Source of the DNA: a virus
DNA: 64,000 bases
Strand: one strand, 5' to 3'
IMG/VR virus record: IMGVR_UViG_3300030497_000008
Coordinates: 32,001 to 96,000 of that record
Numbering within the stretch: position 1 is the stretch's first letter; the number at the start of each line of letters is the position of its first letter. Under the pieces are notes generated by a model, which made no database searches, was not told where the DNA came from, and was given only the letters and a program-made list of their open reading frames with translations. The position numbers and the translations under genes are program-made. Below are positions 9,214 through 18,228 of the stretch, one piece after another.

Positions 9214-10001
9214 CCGTTATTCACTACCAACTGGATTTTTGCATCCTCAGTTTTACCATCTTGTTTTTCTGCATCACCTTCGAAAGTTTCTTTGCACCAC
9301 GCATGGTAATTTTCTTTCTTAATGAATGTGAAGTTAAATGAAATCTCTCCACCTTCTAAACCACTTGTAATAGGCGATACACCTGTAGGTGCTAGATTCG
9401 AACCATCGTCCGTGATAATCATAACATCGCTACCTAAATCTAATACATGACCGTCTCGAACGTGGTCTACGAAATACTTCTGTAAGCTTCCCATATTAAT
9501 ACCGTATTCGACACCTTTAGCGAAAATTAGCTTATGTAGTTCTGGGTCATCATGCCAATTACTTACGATAGACATAAAGTTCGCATCGCTTTCTGTTGGC
9601 GCTTTAGCTAAATAGAATTGATAGTTTTCAAATCGGTTGCGCGCTAGTTTCGATAGCAGCTCTACAACTTCTGCATAATCATGCAATGATGGCTTTCTAT
9701 CCACCAAATCTGTTAAACTCATTTTATTTTTTACTTCTACTTCCGTTGTGTTAATCTCTGTCATTTTTTCATCTTCTCCTTTAATATCTGTTTTTATTTC
9801 ACTTAATACTGATAAAGCTTTCTTGATTGACTCTGTATAGCTCATTTCTTCTTTATGTTCTTTCACAGACTTCTTAACCCCAAAAGCAAGTATCATTGTA
9901 TAAATAAACAATGCTATTAATATCATTTTTGCTAATAAAAGGTTATAGTTGAACGTTGCATCCAACTCAACCGCGCCCTTTGAATAACTGACCAACAGCA
10001 C
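9210..10001 (-). CDS. hypothetical protein with N-terminal TM segment; probable internal start at 9764
   Basis: 263 aa ORF; hydrophobic stretch near the N-terminus; internal AAAGGAG SD before MTEINTT; true 5' start uncertain. Confidence 0.65.
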   Translation of the reverse strand: MLLVSYSKGAVELDATFNYNLLLAKMILIALFIYTMILAFGVKKSVKEHKEEMSYTESIKKALSVLSEIKTDIKGEDEKMTEINTTEVEVKNKMSLTDLVDRKPSLHDYAEVVELLSKLARNRFENYQFYLAKAPTESDANFMSIVSNWHDDPELHKLIFAKGVEYGINMGSLQKYFVDHVRDGHVLDLGSDVMIITDDGSNLAPTGVSPITSGLEGGEISFNFTFIKKENYHAWCKETFEGDAEKQDGKTEDAKIQLVVNNG

Positions 10002-10179
10002 ATGCCATAAAGACTACTAACATAATTGGAATGGAAATCACTAGGAACGCTACCATCACCATTAAAGCGATAGCAGATAGAACAACGCCCACTAATATAA
10101 GCAACACCCATAATATTACACTAACAATACAATATAGTACAGCTACGATACCAGCTACGATTGATTTAACCGCATTCAT
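9967..10179 (-). CDS. small membrane protein
   Basis: 70 aa, almost entirely hydrophobic; SD GAGGTG. Confidence 0.75.
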   Translation of the reverse strand: MNAVKSIVAGIVAVLYCIVSVILWVLLILVGVVLSAIALMVMVAFLVISIPIMLVVFMACAVGQLFKGRG

Positions 10180-10224
10180 ATATGCACCTCTTTTACATCA
10201 TATACTTTTATTATATCATACTAA

Positions 10225-10521
10225 TTATAGCTCGAAGGTAAGTTGTCCTTCCTCTTCGTGAGTATCGATGTGTTCTACCCATTGCTCATCTTCATATTGA
10301 GCTTCTGCTTCTTTTAAATCTTCTTCGTAGCTTCCATCATCCCGAACCCACTTACCTCCAACTTCATAACTAAACCTATCTACCACACTAAGATTATGTA
10401 CAATACCACGTCTGTCTGCTTCCTGAGGAATTTTAGCCTCTGCTTCTTTCATAGTATCACCAGTTTTAGTAAATTCATATTCTTTGTCATTTTCTGCAAT
10501 CGTGATAAACTTGTACAACAT
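10225..10521 (-). CDS. hypothetical protein
   Basis: 98 aa ORF, SD AAGGAG. Confidence 0.75.
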   Translation of the reverse strand: MLYKFITIAENDKEYEFTKTGDTMKEAEAKIPQEADRRGIVHNLSVVDRFSYEVGGKWVRDDGSYEEDLKEAEAQYEDEQWVEHIDTHEEEGQLTFEL

Positions 10522-10790
10522 TATTCTCTCTCCTTTAACGTTACCTTAAATTCAAACTCTTTATGCTTAAGACCGTGGTCACCTATCCAATCGTTCATCA
10601 GTTGTTGGATGTGCGGCAATCCACCAGAACCATAAAAATTACCATTTAAAGTTAATACATAAAACCTCTTATTTTTCATATAATCTTCGTAAGAGTCGTA
10701 GATAAATTCTGGATGTGTACAGTAACAAGTTGTGCTCCACTCACTCCAATTTAGACGACCGCATTTCGCGCAAAACTTTTGCTCTGGCAT
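10521..10790 (-). CDS. hypothetical Cys-rich (zinc-binding) protein
   Basis: CAKC...CYC; SD GGAGGTG; own promoter. Confidence 0.75.
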   Translation of the reverse strand: MPEQKFCAKCGRLNWSEWSTTCYCTHPEFIYDSYEDYMKNKRFYVLTLNGNFYGSGGLPHIQQLMNDWIGDHGLKHKEFEFKVTLKERE

Positions 10791-10813
10791 TCTATCACCT
10801 CCTCTGTAATCTC

Positions 10814-10842
10814 ATAATACTACCATTTTTACTTTAAGTCAA
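10814..10842 (-). promoter_or_regulatory. sigma-A-type promoter with box over -35
   Basis: TTGACT-17-TATTAT; TTTACT-TTA-AGTCAA at 10828-10842. Confidence 0.7.
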
Positions 10843-10853
10843 TAGATTTATAT

Positions 10854-10880
10854 AAAAAAAGAAGCCCCGAAGGACTTCTT
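10854..10880 (-). terminator. intrinsic terminator of endolysin
   Basis: AAGAAGTCC-TTCG-GGGCTTCTT followed by a T-run on the minus strand. Confidence 0.8.
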
Positions 10881-10882
10881 AA

Positions 10883-11977
10883 TTATTCACTGTACATGTA
10901 GTATGCAATTTTCTGAGCTTCTAGGATGTTTTTGAAGTTTTGTAAACGACTCTCATCTAACGGAGTAGACTCTAATCGAATTAACCCATCACCCTTACCT
11001 GTAAACACAATAGCAGTTTGCATACCTTGGTATGCTAAGACATTAGACAATTCTGGGATTTTGTTCGTACCCATATCATATGTAACAACCTTAGATTTAC
11101 CATTGTAACCCTCTCTGCTGTTTGTGTAGTAATAAGCCCAGCCTCGTTCATCTAACCATGCAGTAAGTTTGTCTAACTCAGCACCTACTTGATGTGATGT
11201 TTCAATACTTACTAGTCCATCACCTAAACCAGTGAAGTTGATGCGAGCTTCGTAACCTAAGAATGCAAGTTTATCTTGAATCTCTGGGATTAAGTTTGTA
11301 CCTACTTCGTATGTTACGATTTTGTTTAAAGCAGGAACTAGAGTTTCCTTAGCACCCTCTTTTTCTGTGAAGAACGACATAGGTTTATCTCCGTATAGTA
11401 CGTTGATATCACATTTACCAATACCTGCGATGTCACCGTACTCTGTCCATTGCCATAAATCACAAGCGAACGCTGGTTTATTACCGTAACGAGGAATCCA
11501 AGTGAAGTCACAGTTTACATCTTTACCTCCGAACTCTTGGTACTTGTGATGTCCGATGTATAGACCGACTTTCTTTGCACCTAACTCTTTTAATCGGTCA
11601 ATAAACACTTGAATACATTCTTTCATATTCGGAGCTGTAGAAACCTCTGCATCACATACCCAAACAGTTGCATCCTTGTCTCCGTAATTCCAGAAAAATT
11701 CTGCTTCTTGTTTAGCTGATGCTACTCCAGAGAAACGGTTAAACATATAGTTACCAAACGGGATACCGCGCGCTTTCATGTTCGCCACAAATGTTTTATA
11801 CTTGCGGTCAACAACACCTTGTAATTCTCCGTTTGAATTGTATCGATGTCCGTCACCTGTACGAGCGATAAACATGCTTACATAATTCTTCGCTGTGTCA
11901 AAATCGATATCCGCATTATGATGGGAAATATCGACAATCGTTTTGTCTTTTGGATACTTATTAGCTTCTAATGCCAT
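10883..11977 (-). CDS. endolysin: GH25 muramidase with two tandem C-terminal cell-wall-binding repeats (Amidase02_C-like)
   Basis: VDISHHN, DAE, WIPRYG, LWQWTEYG..CDIN GH25 motifs; two ~70 aa repeats starting KIVTYEVGTN / KVVTYDMGTN. Confidence 0.92.
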   Translation of the reverse strand: MALEANKYPKDKTIVDISHHNADIDFDTAKNYVSMFIARTGDGHRYNSNGELQGVVDRKYKTFVANMKARGIPFGNYMFNRFSGVASAKQEAEFFWNYGDKDATVWVCDAEVSTAPNMKECIQVFIDRLKELGAKKVGLYIGHHKYQEFGGKDVNCDFTWIPRYGNKPAFACDLWQWTEYGDIAGIGKCDINVLYGDKPMSFFTEKEGAKETLVPALNKIVTYEVGTNLIPEIQDKLAFLGYEARINFTGLGDGLVSIETSHQVGAELDKLTAWLDERGWAYYYTNSREGYNGKSKVVTYDMGTNKIPELSNVLAYQGMQTAIVFTGKGDGLIRLESTPLDESRLQNFKNILEAQKIAYYMYSE

Positions 11978-12003
11978 TTAAAATTCCTCCTTTAATTTAT
12001 AAA

Positions 12004-12510
12004 TTAAACTACTGCTGCTCCTGTTGCATCTACCCATCCGTTGTTATCCTTGTTTCTCCAGATAGGCTTATTCAAAGTTGTATCGAAGAACGGTTGCCCT
12101 ACATAAGTACCTGTTGTTGGACGCTGCGCTGTTGTCCCTGATGTAATCAAAGGTACTGAAACCTTACCTGTCGCATCAGGGTTAGCCCCGTTTACTGTTT
12201 GAACAAACCCAGTAACCTTACCGTTCCCGTCAGGTGTCGCGCTGTTAATCTGTTTAATGAAACCAGTCGTACTAGGAATTGTAATTGTTACGTTTCCTGC
12301 TGCATCTGCTGCTTTACCGTTAACCGACTTAACCATACCCTTAATATCGTCCTTTGTAGCGAAGTCTCCCGTAGGAGCTCCATCTACACTAACATTACCG
12401 TGGATATCAGGAGCTTTACCATTAACAGTTTTAACCGTCTTCGTTAAAGTCTCCTCAACGTCTCTCATCCTTTTTTCGGGAGAACCGTCATACATTCCAT
12501 CTCTTAACAT
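12004..12510 (-). CDS. putative virion fibre/decoration protein
   Basis: Four V-x-x-VNG-x-x-PD-x-x-G-N/K-V repeats and a C-terminal SGTTAQRPT..VGQPFFDTTLNKPIW motif. Confidence 0.7.
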   Translation of the reverse strand: MLRDGMYDGSPEKRMRDVEETLTKTVKTVNGKAPDIHGNVSVDGAPTGDFATKDDIKGMVKSVNGKAADAAGNVTITIPSTTGFIKQINSATPDGNGKVTGFVQTVNGANPDATGKVSVPLITSGTTAQRPTTGTYVGQPFFDTTLNKPIWRNKDNNGWVDATGAAVV

Positions 12511-12545
12511 GAATATAATAACCTCCTTCTTCTATTGTCCTAGAC

Positions 12546-12555
12546 TAATATAGCA
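12546..12555 (-). promoter_or_regulatory. late promoter motif TGCTATATTA
   Basis: Same decamer recurs upstream of late genes; similar to the TGTTATATTA late promoters described for Herelleviridae. Confidence 0.6.
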
Positions 12556-12556
12556 C

Positions 12557-14353
12557 TTACCATCCTTTGGCAAATATATCAGGTTTGTCAGTTCGCATTA
12601 CATTTACTGTCGTATAATCGAATGCGTTCTCTATTTCCTTCTTGATATAAGGCTCTAGTACGTGCTCCATACCAACCATAGAGTATACAGAAGACTGAGC
12701 AAAATGGTCGTCACCTTTTGCCATGATAATTTGATAGATTGCTTTCGTTTTCTCATCTTCCTCATCTCGAATTACGACGTTTTGCCAATGTTCTAGATAA
12801 AGTTTTAATTCTCTATCATCAACTTGGTAGAATCCTAAGCGCCCCATTTTCATATCAGAAATATGACGTTTATTTTGTGTTAACTTGTCCACCGTAACCA
12901 TACAGCGTTGCTCAGACCACACAGGGCTGATTTGACCTGTAGAACGAGGGTTTGGGTTAACTTTAACTCCGTACGCTACACCTTCACCGAAATGCTGGAT
13001 TAGCTTGTCTACGTAGTTACCAGAGTCACCGATATCCGCACAGATAATATCTGGTTGGTATGGGATTAGTTCTACAATAATTCTTTCTAAGTCCGCTTCG
13101 ATATTCGATACACCGCGAGCACGTTCTACTGAGAACATACGAATCATATCAATACGACCGTCATCACGGAATCCACGAATCGTTACCCAGTGGAAGTTCC
13201 CCCAGTCAATACCAACAGAAATGAATCGGTAATCACTACGATTAAATAGAGGCTTCTCTAGATACTCTCGTTTATTCTTTTCGATGTCATCTGGTTGTAC
13301 AGCTAACGCTACGTCTTGGTACGGGAATCCTAAAACGTAGTTATAGAAGTGCTGTTTAGACTCTGCTTCTAATTCTTTTCGTTTTAAGGCATCTGCTGTT
13401 AACCACACGGCATTTAGCTGTGTAATCATATATCCACGTTTACCTTGATTGTTTAACGTTCTGTCAGGGTATTTAGCTACCCATTCACCGTTATACCATC
13501 TATCTAATGTTTTCTTACATTTTTGACAGATAAATCGGTATGTACCATCTTTAACTGTTTTCGCTAAAGTATCAACGCCGCTTTCATCCATACACTCGAT
13601 GTTCAAATCATAATCGATTTGCTGTCTGTAACCACAATGGTCACATTTATGCATGTATACACGTTGGTCTGACTCAGTGAAAATTTTATGTATTCCGAAC
13701 GCAGGTACTGTTGGAGTTGACCATCTTCGTAAAATCTTAAATTTAGATGATGACATAGACTCCATCGCTGACATCTCTGCGGAAGAGTTTACACGGTCGT
13801 ACTCATCCATTGAAAGGTAATCGATATCGACACCCTCTACTGCTGACGCTTTAGAAGAAGAACGGAACAGCATGAAGCTATTACGAATACGTTTCTTTTC
13901 TAACGAGTCTACATGCGGGTCAGAAATAGTAGAATAGTAACCAGCACCTAGTAACGGGTTAATACGTGTGGATACGAAGTCTTTCATTTGTCGGTTTGTT
14001 GGGAATGTATATAAACATTTAACCCCTGCGTAACTATGTAAGTCTGCGAAGTGGAGCATTTCTCCTACCCCAACCTCTGATAATCCTAACTGACGTGACT
14101 TGATAACGCATTTATCTGGATGTGTATCGTTGATAATGTCTACCTGCCACGGTCTGTGTGCTAATGCTCGTGTAACGTCTCTACCGCTAACGTGGAACGT
14201 AATCGGGTGACCTTTTACCGAGTGATTTTTCAATAGATACGAAGAGCAGTTAATCATAGTAAGGACATACGCTAACTCTTCTTTCGATAAGTCAGTACGA
14301 CCAAACGTCTGCTTCGCCACTCGCTGTATCATTTCTCCTGTAATGTTATACAT
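12557..14353 (-). CDS. terL: terminase large subunit
   Basis: Walker A KSRQLGLSE, Walker B SMDEYD, STPT, GIDWG nuclease motif, GDDHF; SPO1/Twort-like. Confidence 0.95.
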   Translation of the reverse strand: MYNITGEMIQRVAKQTFGRTDLSKEELAYVLTMINCSSYLLKNHSVKGHPITFHVSGRDVTRALAHRPWQVDIINDTHPDKCVIKSRQLGLSEVGVGEMLHFADLHSYAGVKCLYTFPTNRQMKDFVSTRINPLLGAGYYSTISDPHVDSLEKKRIRNSFMLFRSSSKASAVEGVDIDYLSMDEYDRVNSSAEMSAMESMSSSKFKILRRWSTPTVPAFGIHKIFTESDQRVYMHKCDHCGYRQQIDYDLNIECMDESGVDTLAKTVKDGTYRFICQKCKKTLDRWYNGEWVAKYPDRTLNNQGKRGYMITQLNAVWLTADALKRKELEAESKQHFYNYVLGFPYQDVALAVQPDDIEKNKREYLEKPLFNRSDYRFISVGIDWGNFHWVTIRGFRDDGRIDMIRMFSVERARGVSNIEADLERIIVELIPYQPDIICADIGDSGNYVDKLIQHFGEGVAYGVKVNPNPRSTGQISPVWSEQRCMVTVDKLTQNKRHISDMKMGRLGFYQVDDRELKLYLEHWQNVVIRDEEDEKTKAIYQIIMAKGDDHFAQSSVYSMVGMEHVLEPYIKKEIENAFDYTTVNVMRTDKPDIFAKGW

Positions 14354-14567
14354 TTCTATCTTCCTCTCCAGAATACGGGACAGCTAACAATATATCTTTG
14401 TACACTAAATCCCTGAGTTCCCTAAAGTGCTTTTTCTGTGCCAATACATTGTCAGGTGAGGGATATGGTATATATGAAAGCCCCATAGCCCTAGATTTTT
14501 TAACTGATTTGTATTGCGTTGTATCCTCATCTCCAATGATATCAATGTTCCAAGGTCTTTTCTCCAT
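14346..14567 (-). CDS. small protein resembling the TerL Walker-A region
   Basis: KRPWNIDII..KSVKKSRAMGLS vs TerL HRPWQVDII..KCVIKSRQLGLS; SD GAGGAG; coupled to both neighbours. Confidence 0.7.
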   Translation of the reverse strand: MEKRPWNIDIIGDEDTTQYKSVKKSRAMGLSYIPYPSPDNVLAQKKHFRELRDLVYKDILLAVPYSGEEDRNV

Positions 14568-14992
14568 TACATCGACTCCTCGTTTGCCCTATTTTGTGCG
14601 ATATCCATTTCTGTAAGTAACTTAGCTAACTCTGCATCACTAATTCCACCGATATCGATACGACCTTCTTCTGTCTCACCAAGAGTACCTTCACGTACCA
14701 TATCGTCAACAACCTTCTCTTGACGCATATTAATCTCTGGAAGCATCCCAGCTCCTTGCTGACCGTTAATCACTTCATCGATACCATTTAACTCTTTATA
14801 AGCACTGAATACACGAATCGCATCAGCTACGTTATCGATTTTAATTTCACCCATTTGCAACTTCTGGATAAATTGGTTCATAGCTTCGGAAAATCCTAAG
14901 TTTAAATTCTGTCGTAGTTCTTCTTGTGCATCGAATACAGAACTTCTTTTCTGTACTCCTCGTTTGATGTTATCAACCATTGCCATCTGCAA
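14567..14992 (-). CDS. putative terminase small subunit
   Basis: Size and position upstream of TerL as in Herelleviridae; helical. Confidence 0.6.
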   Translation of the reverse strand: MQMAMVDNIKRGVQKRSSVFDAQEELRQNLNLGFSEAMNQFIQKLQMGEIKIDNVADAIRVFSAYKELNGIDEVINGQQGAGMLPEINMRQEKVVDDMVREGTLGETEEGRIDIGGISDAELAKLLTEMDIAQNRANEESM

Positions 14993-15260
14993 GCTCTCCT
15001 TTCCTATCTAGTACTCTGTAACAAGAATTGATGTCCTTACATATATGAACACTAACAAGTGCGCTCAACTCAAATCTGTACTGGTTTTGCGTTAGTATGT
15101 ATTTTTGTGTACGCTTTGTTAAAGTAGATAAGGGTCTGCCGCATATCGAGCAAATCCTTGGATAGTTAACACGCTTGTCCCCTTTTTTAAACTCTTTATA
15201 AGTTTGACAATTTTGGAACAGACGTTTTCTTTTATCTACTATTTCTTTCTTCGTAATCAT
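14973..15260 (-). CDS. hypothetical zinc-binding protein
   Basis: CSICGR...HIC..C; in the terminase operon. Confidence 0.7.
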   Translation of the reverse strand: MITKKEIVDKRKRLFQNCQTYKEFKKGDKRVNYPRICSICGRPLSTLTKRTQKYILTQNQYRFELSALVSVHICKDINSCYRVLDRKGELADGNG

Positions 15261-15790
15261 TTTTCAGAATATTCCAACTTCTCATGATAGGCGTGTAGAA
15301 CTTCTGATAGGAACATTTCGTATCCTTTTTCATTGTCACAAAATGCATTAGCGTACGCAAACGGTAATTCTAAAATCATCTCAGTAATCAAATTAGAAAT
15401 CATATTATCCGTATAAGGAATCCCGTGTTGTACGAATTGACTTTTCAGATGGGACGAATATTTAGTATCTAGCATCTCTACAATCAACTCTTCAAAAGCT
15501 CCCACGTATTCATAATTGGCATCTTGATAATCTGCATACTCGTTAGCCAGTCGCAGCATCGATGTCGTGATTACTAATTTCGCTTCATCTTTAACACTTT
15601 CATTAAATCTACGGTCTCGAAACTTAACTCCATGCACCTCAAAAATCGGGGCAAGCTCTTTCGCATCTTCCTCAAACGTTTTAATTAAATTGATTTCCGC
15701 ATATTCTTGTACTGCATCTAACATTATATCTAACTCTTTCTCATAAATCATATTAATCTCCTTTCTCCTTATGTCCCGCGACTGTATCAT
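15257..15790 (-). CDS. hypothetical protein
   Basis: 177 aa ORF; true start probably slightly downstream, near AAAGGAG. Confidence 0.7.
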   Translation of the reverse strand: MIQSRDIRRKEINMIYEKELDIMLDAVQEYAEINLIKTFEEDAKELAPIFEVHGVKFRDRRFNESVKDEAKLVITTSMLRLANEYADYQDANYEYVGAFEELIVEMLDTKYSSHLKSQFVQHGIPYTDNMISNLITEMILELPFAYANAFCDNEKGYEMFLSEVLHAYHEKLEYSEK

Positions 15791-16037
15791 ATCGTTTCAG
15801 TACGCAGTTTAAAATAAGACTGAACTCTTTCTGTACTTTCATCGCATTCTTTGTTACCACATAATCATATATCCCTAACGTGATTAAGGCGAAAACACCT
15901 CCCGTCACGAAATACGATACTGTTGAACTCTCTACTTCCACTCCTACAGAGCTAAGGTATTGTACTGCTTCATAACCTATCACCTGTGCTAAAAATATTA
16001 GTAGGAGCTTGTTCCTAGTATGTTTACTAATTACCAT
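15753..16037 (-). CDS. membrane protein
   Basis: Two hydrophobic segments; SD GGAGGT. Confidence 0.75.
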   Translation of the reverse strand: MVISKHTRNKLLLIFLAQVIGYEAVQYLSSVGVEVESSTVSYFVTGGVFALITLGIYDYVVTKNAMKVQKEFSLILNCVLKRYDTVAGHKEKGD

Positions 16038-16112
16038 TTTCCAAATACCTCCATTGAGAAATATTTTTTATATCTCTAATATAGAGGTTTGTATAAAAAC
16101 GATAGTAAGAAG

Positions 16113-16122
16113 TGCTATATTA
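16113..16122 (+). promoter_or_regulatory. late promoter motif TGCTATATTA (divergent partner CTCTATATTA on minus strand at about 16077-16086)
   Basis: Recurring decamer at the strand-switch point. Confidence 0.6.
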
Positions 16123-16156
16123 GAAACGCAAAAAACTACGGAAGAGGGTAATTACT

Positions 16157-16468
16157 ATGGTGTACTTGATTCTAGCAATAGCCTTTACCCTTGTTTTCTA
16201 CTCAGTAGCTGCTTATATGTCCTATGTAACTGCATCTATCCTTCATAGAGGCTGGATATTCCGTTTAGTGTTTCCGACAGTTAAGGCTTTGCTGTTTATC
16301 ATTATTGTCTATACCTCTATTATAGCAGACATCGTTCTGTTCAACGCTTCCAAGTACGAGACTATCACTTACAAGAATGGCGTCATGTCTACGGTAATGG
16401 TTACGTCTTTAACAACAGGAAAAGAGAAAGGAGGTAAAGAAAATGCGACAAAACGAAAAATCCATTAA
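16157..16468 (+). CDS. membrane protein
   Basis: Two TM segments and a basic C-tail. Confidence 0.7.
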   Translation: MVYLILAIAFTLVFYSVAAYMSYVTASILHRGWIFRLVFPTVKALLFIIIVYTSIIADIVLFNASKYETITYKNGVMSTVMVTSLTTGKEKGGKENATKRKIH

Positions 16469-16796
16469 TGCGGCTGTTCGCGATGAATTGATGGAGCTGA
16501 TAGGTACAATAGTTAACGGAGATAGGAAACAATTTCATATCTATACTATACATCGTCTAATTTCTCTAGGTCTTCTCAACGATTTCCACTTCCATTATTT
16601 AGAATGTAATCGACCTGATTGGATTAAATTACAGATTATTACTCCAAAGGATAGAATTGTGAACGTATCAATCGATATCAATTCGCAGTATGGTAAAATA
16701 GAAGATGAAGAGAGTATAGAAGTTTTAAAGGAGTTGCATGAAGAAAATAAAATAAAACAACCGTTTTACAGACATATATTTAAAATGGGGCATTAA
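16443..16796 (+). CDS. hypothetical protein
   Basis: 117 aa, SD AAGGAGGT. Confidence 0.75.
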   Translation: MRQNEKSINAAVRDELMELIGTIVNGDRKQFHIYTIHRLISLGLLNDFHFHYLECNRPDWIKLQIITPKDRIVNVSIDINSQYGKIEDEESIEVLKELHEENKIKQPFYRHIFKMGH

Positions 16797-16814
16797 CAAG
16801 AAAGGTGGATTGTT

Positions 16815-17132
16815 ATGGAAAACACTGAGCTTGAATATAAAATCAAGGAAATCGAGAGTATCCTAAAAGAGCACTCCGAGGATTCTGAGGATATCAGAGA
16901 AGTACTTGAAGAAATACAAGTAATCGTAAAGGACTTAGATAAAAGCGTAGCCCTTAACGAAGAAAAACAATCCCACTTACGCTACCGAATAGACTTACTG
17001 AACCAGAGGTTAGCAGCTTTAGAGACTAGAGGAGAAAAAGGTACAGATAAGCAAAGAGCTTTAGTTGAGAATGCTCTTATGGTGGTCTTAGGTGGAATTA
17101 TAAGTTACATATTTAGCTTGTCGCAAAAATAA
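16815..17132 (+). CDS. XhlA/holin-like protein
   Basis: Long coiled coil plus single C-terminal TM (ALMVVLGGIISYIF). Confidence 0.6.
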   Translation: MENTELEYKIKEIESILKEHSEDSEDIREVLEEIQVIVKDLDKSVALNEEKQSHLRYRIDLLNQRLAALETRGEKGTDKQRALVENALMVVLGGIISYIFSLSQK

Positions 17133-17138
17133 GAAAGG

Positions 17139-17381
17139 ATGATAAATATGGCAAGACCAATGGACGTAGAAATCACTTTAATGGACGGTACAAAAGCATT
17201 TATTCCTCAGGATGTATTCAATCGAGGTAACATTCCTGAGAAACCAGAAGCGGTAATCGGGAACGCTGTGAAAGGTAGCGGTAGTCCTGTATTCCGTGTT
17301 AACACATCAGCAGATATGAATGGGGAGTGGGAATTCGTAGTCGCGCAAAATATTTTAAAATTTAAGGTCACATATAAATAA
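17139..17381 (+). CDS. hypothetical protein
   Basis: 80 aa ORF, SD AAAGGA. Confidence 0.7.
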   Translation: MINMARPMDVEITLMDGTKAFIPQDVFNRGNIPEKPEAVIGNAVKGSGSPVFRVNTSADMNGEWEFVVAQNILKFKVTYK

Positions 17382-17400
17382 AATAAAATGGGGCATACTT

Positions 17401-17429
17401 AAAAGACCGTATATACGGTCTTATTTTTT
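17401..17429. terminator. bidirectional terminator between convergent genes
   Basis: AAGACCGTATATACGGTCTT palindrome with A/T flanks. Confidence 0.7.
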
Positions 17430-17669
17430 GTCCTTTAATCCCCTCACTTCCTCATCTGACAGCTCTGCAAATAAATCCCTATAGTTCATATTGAACATAT
17501 CTTCCAACTGCATCAATTTATCTTTTCTAGGGAATCTGAGACCTCGTTCCCAGTTACTAACTGTACTATAACTAACATTTAGTTTCTGACATAACTCAGG
17601 AATGTCAATATTCCTATCTAATCGAACCTTTCTTAAACGCAATACAACTTCTTTATTTTTATAAATCAT
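17421..17669 (-). CDS. XRE-family (HTH_3) transcriptional regulator
   Basis: LRKVRL..ELCQKLNVSYSTVSNWERGLRFP. Confidence 0.9.
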   Translation of the reverse strand: MIYKNKEVVLRLRKVRLDRNIDIPELCQKLNVSYSTVSNWERGLRFPRKDKLMQLEDMFNMNYRDLFAELSDEEVRGLKDKK

Positions 17670-17714
17670 TTCTGATACTCTCCTTTATGTTAAGTTTTAA
17701 ATGTTTTTATTTAG

Positions 17715-17743
17715 AGTATAATACTTTGTTTACTAATTGTCAA
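17715..17743 (-). promoter_or_regulatory. sigma-A promoter of the XRE gene
   Basis: TTGACA-17-TATACT; operator-like boxes at 17729-17743 and 17752-17766. Confidence 0.8.
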
Positions 17744-17850
17744 ATATATTTTTTACTATTAGTATTTATTTTATTCTTGATAGAGGGAATTAGTATTTAT
17801 TTCTGATGAAGGGAATTACTTTTTATTAAATTAAAATGGGGCAACCTAGA

Positions 17851-17987
17851 TACCCTATTTTATTTTATCTATTCTCTATATAATATTATTTATATTATTA
17901 TTAATTATTAAATATTTATTTATAATATTAGTTATTAAATATAACTCTGTAATATTATATAGACGTCCGAAAAAATAAAATAGGGTA
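17851..17987. repeat. 16-bp inverted repeat flanking an extremely AT-rich block
   Basis: TACCCTATTTTATTTT (17851-17866) / AAAATAAAATAGGGTA (17972-17987). Confidence 0.8.
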
Positions 17988-18228
17988 CTGTGTCAGAGAT
18001 AAACCTAATAGAAGTGTGTATCAAGATGTAGAAGGTATTTACTATAGAATAGGACTAATTGTATTCATTAAGGTATAAAACATCCTCATCGAGCTCTCAG
18101 ACCCCTTAAAAGTTAAATTAATATGTGTATGCGTTGTGTAAATTCCATCAGAAATAATTATTCAGAATATTTAAAATATTTTTTATAATTACAAGGATTC
18201 TTGTATCAGATTTTGTTATAATAGAGTT

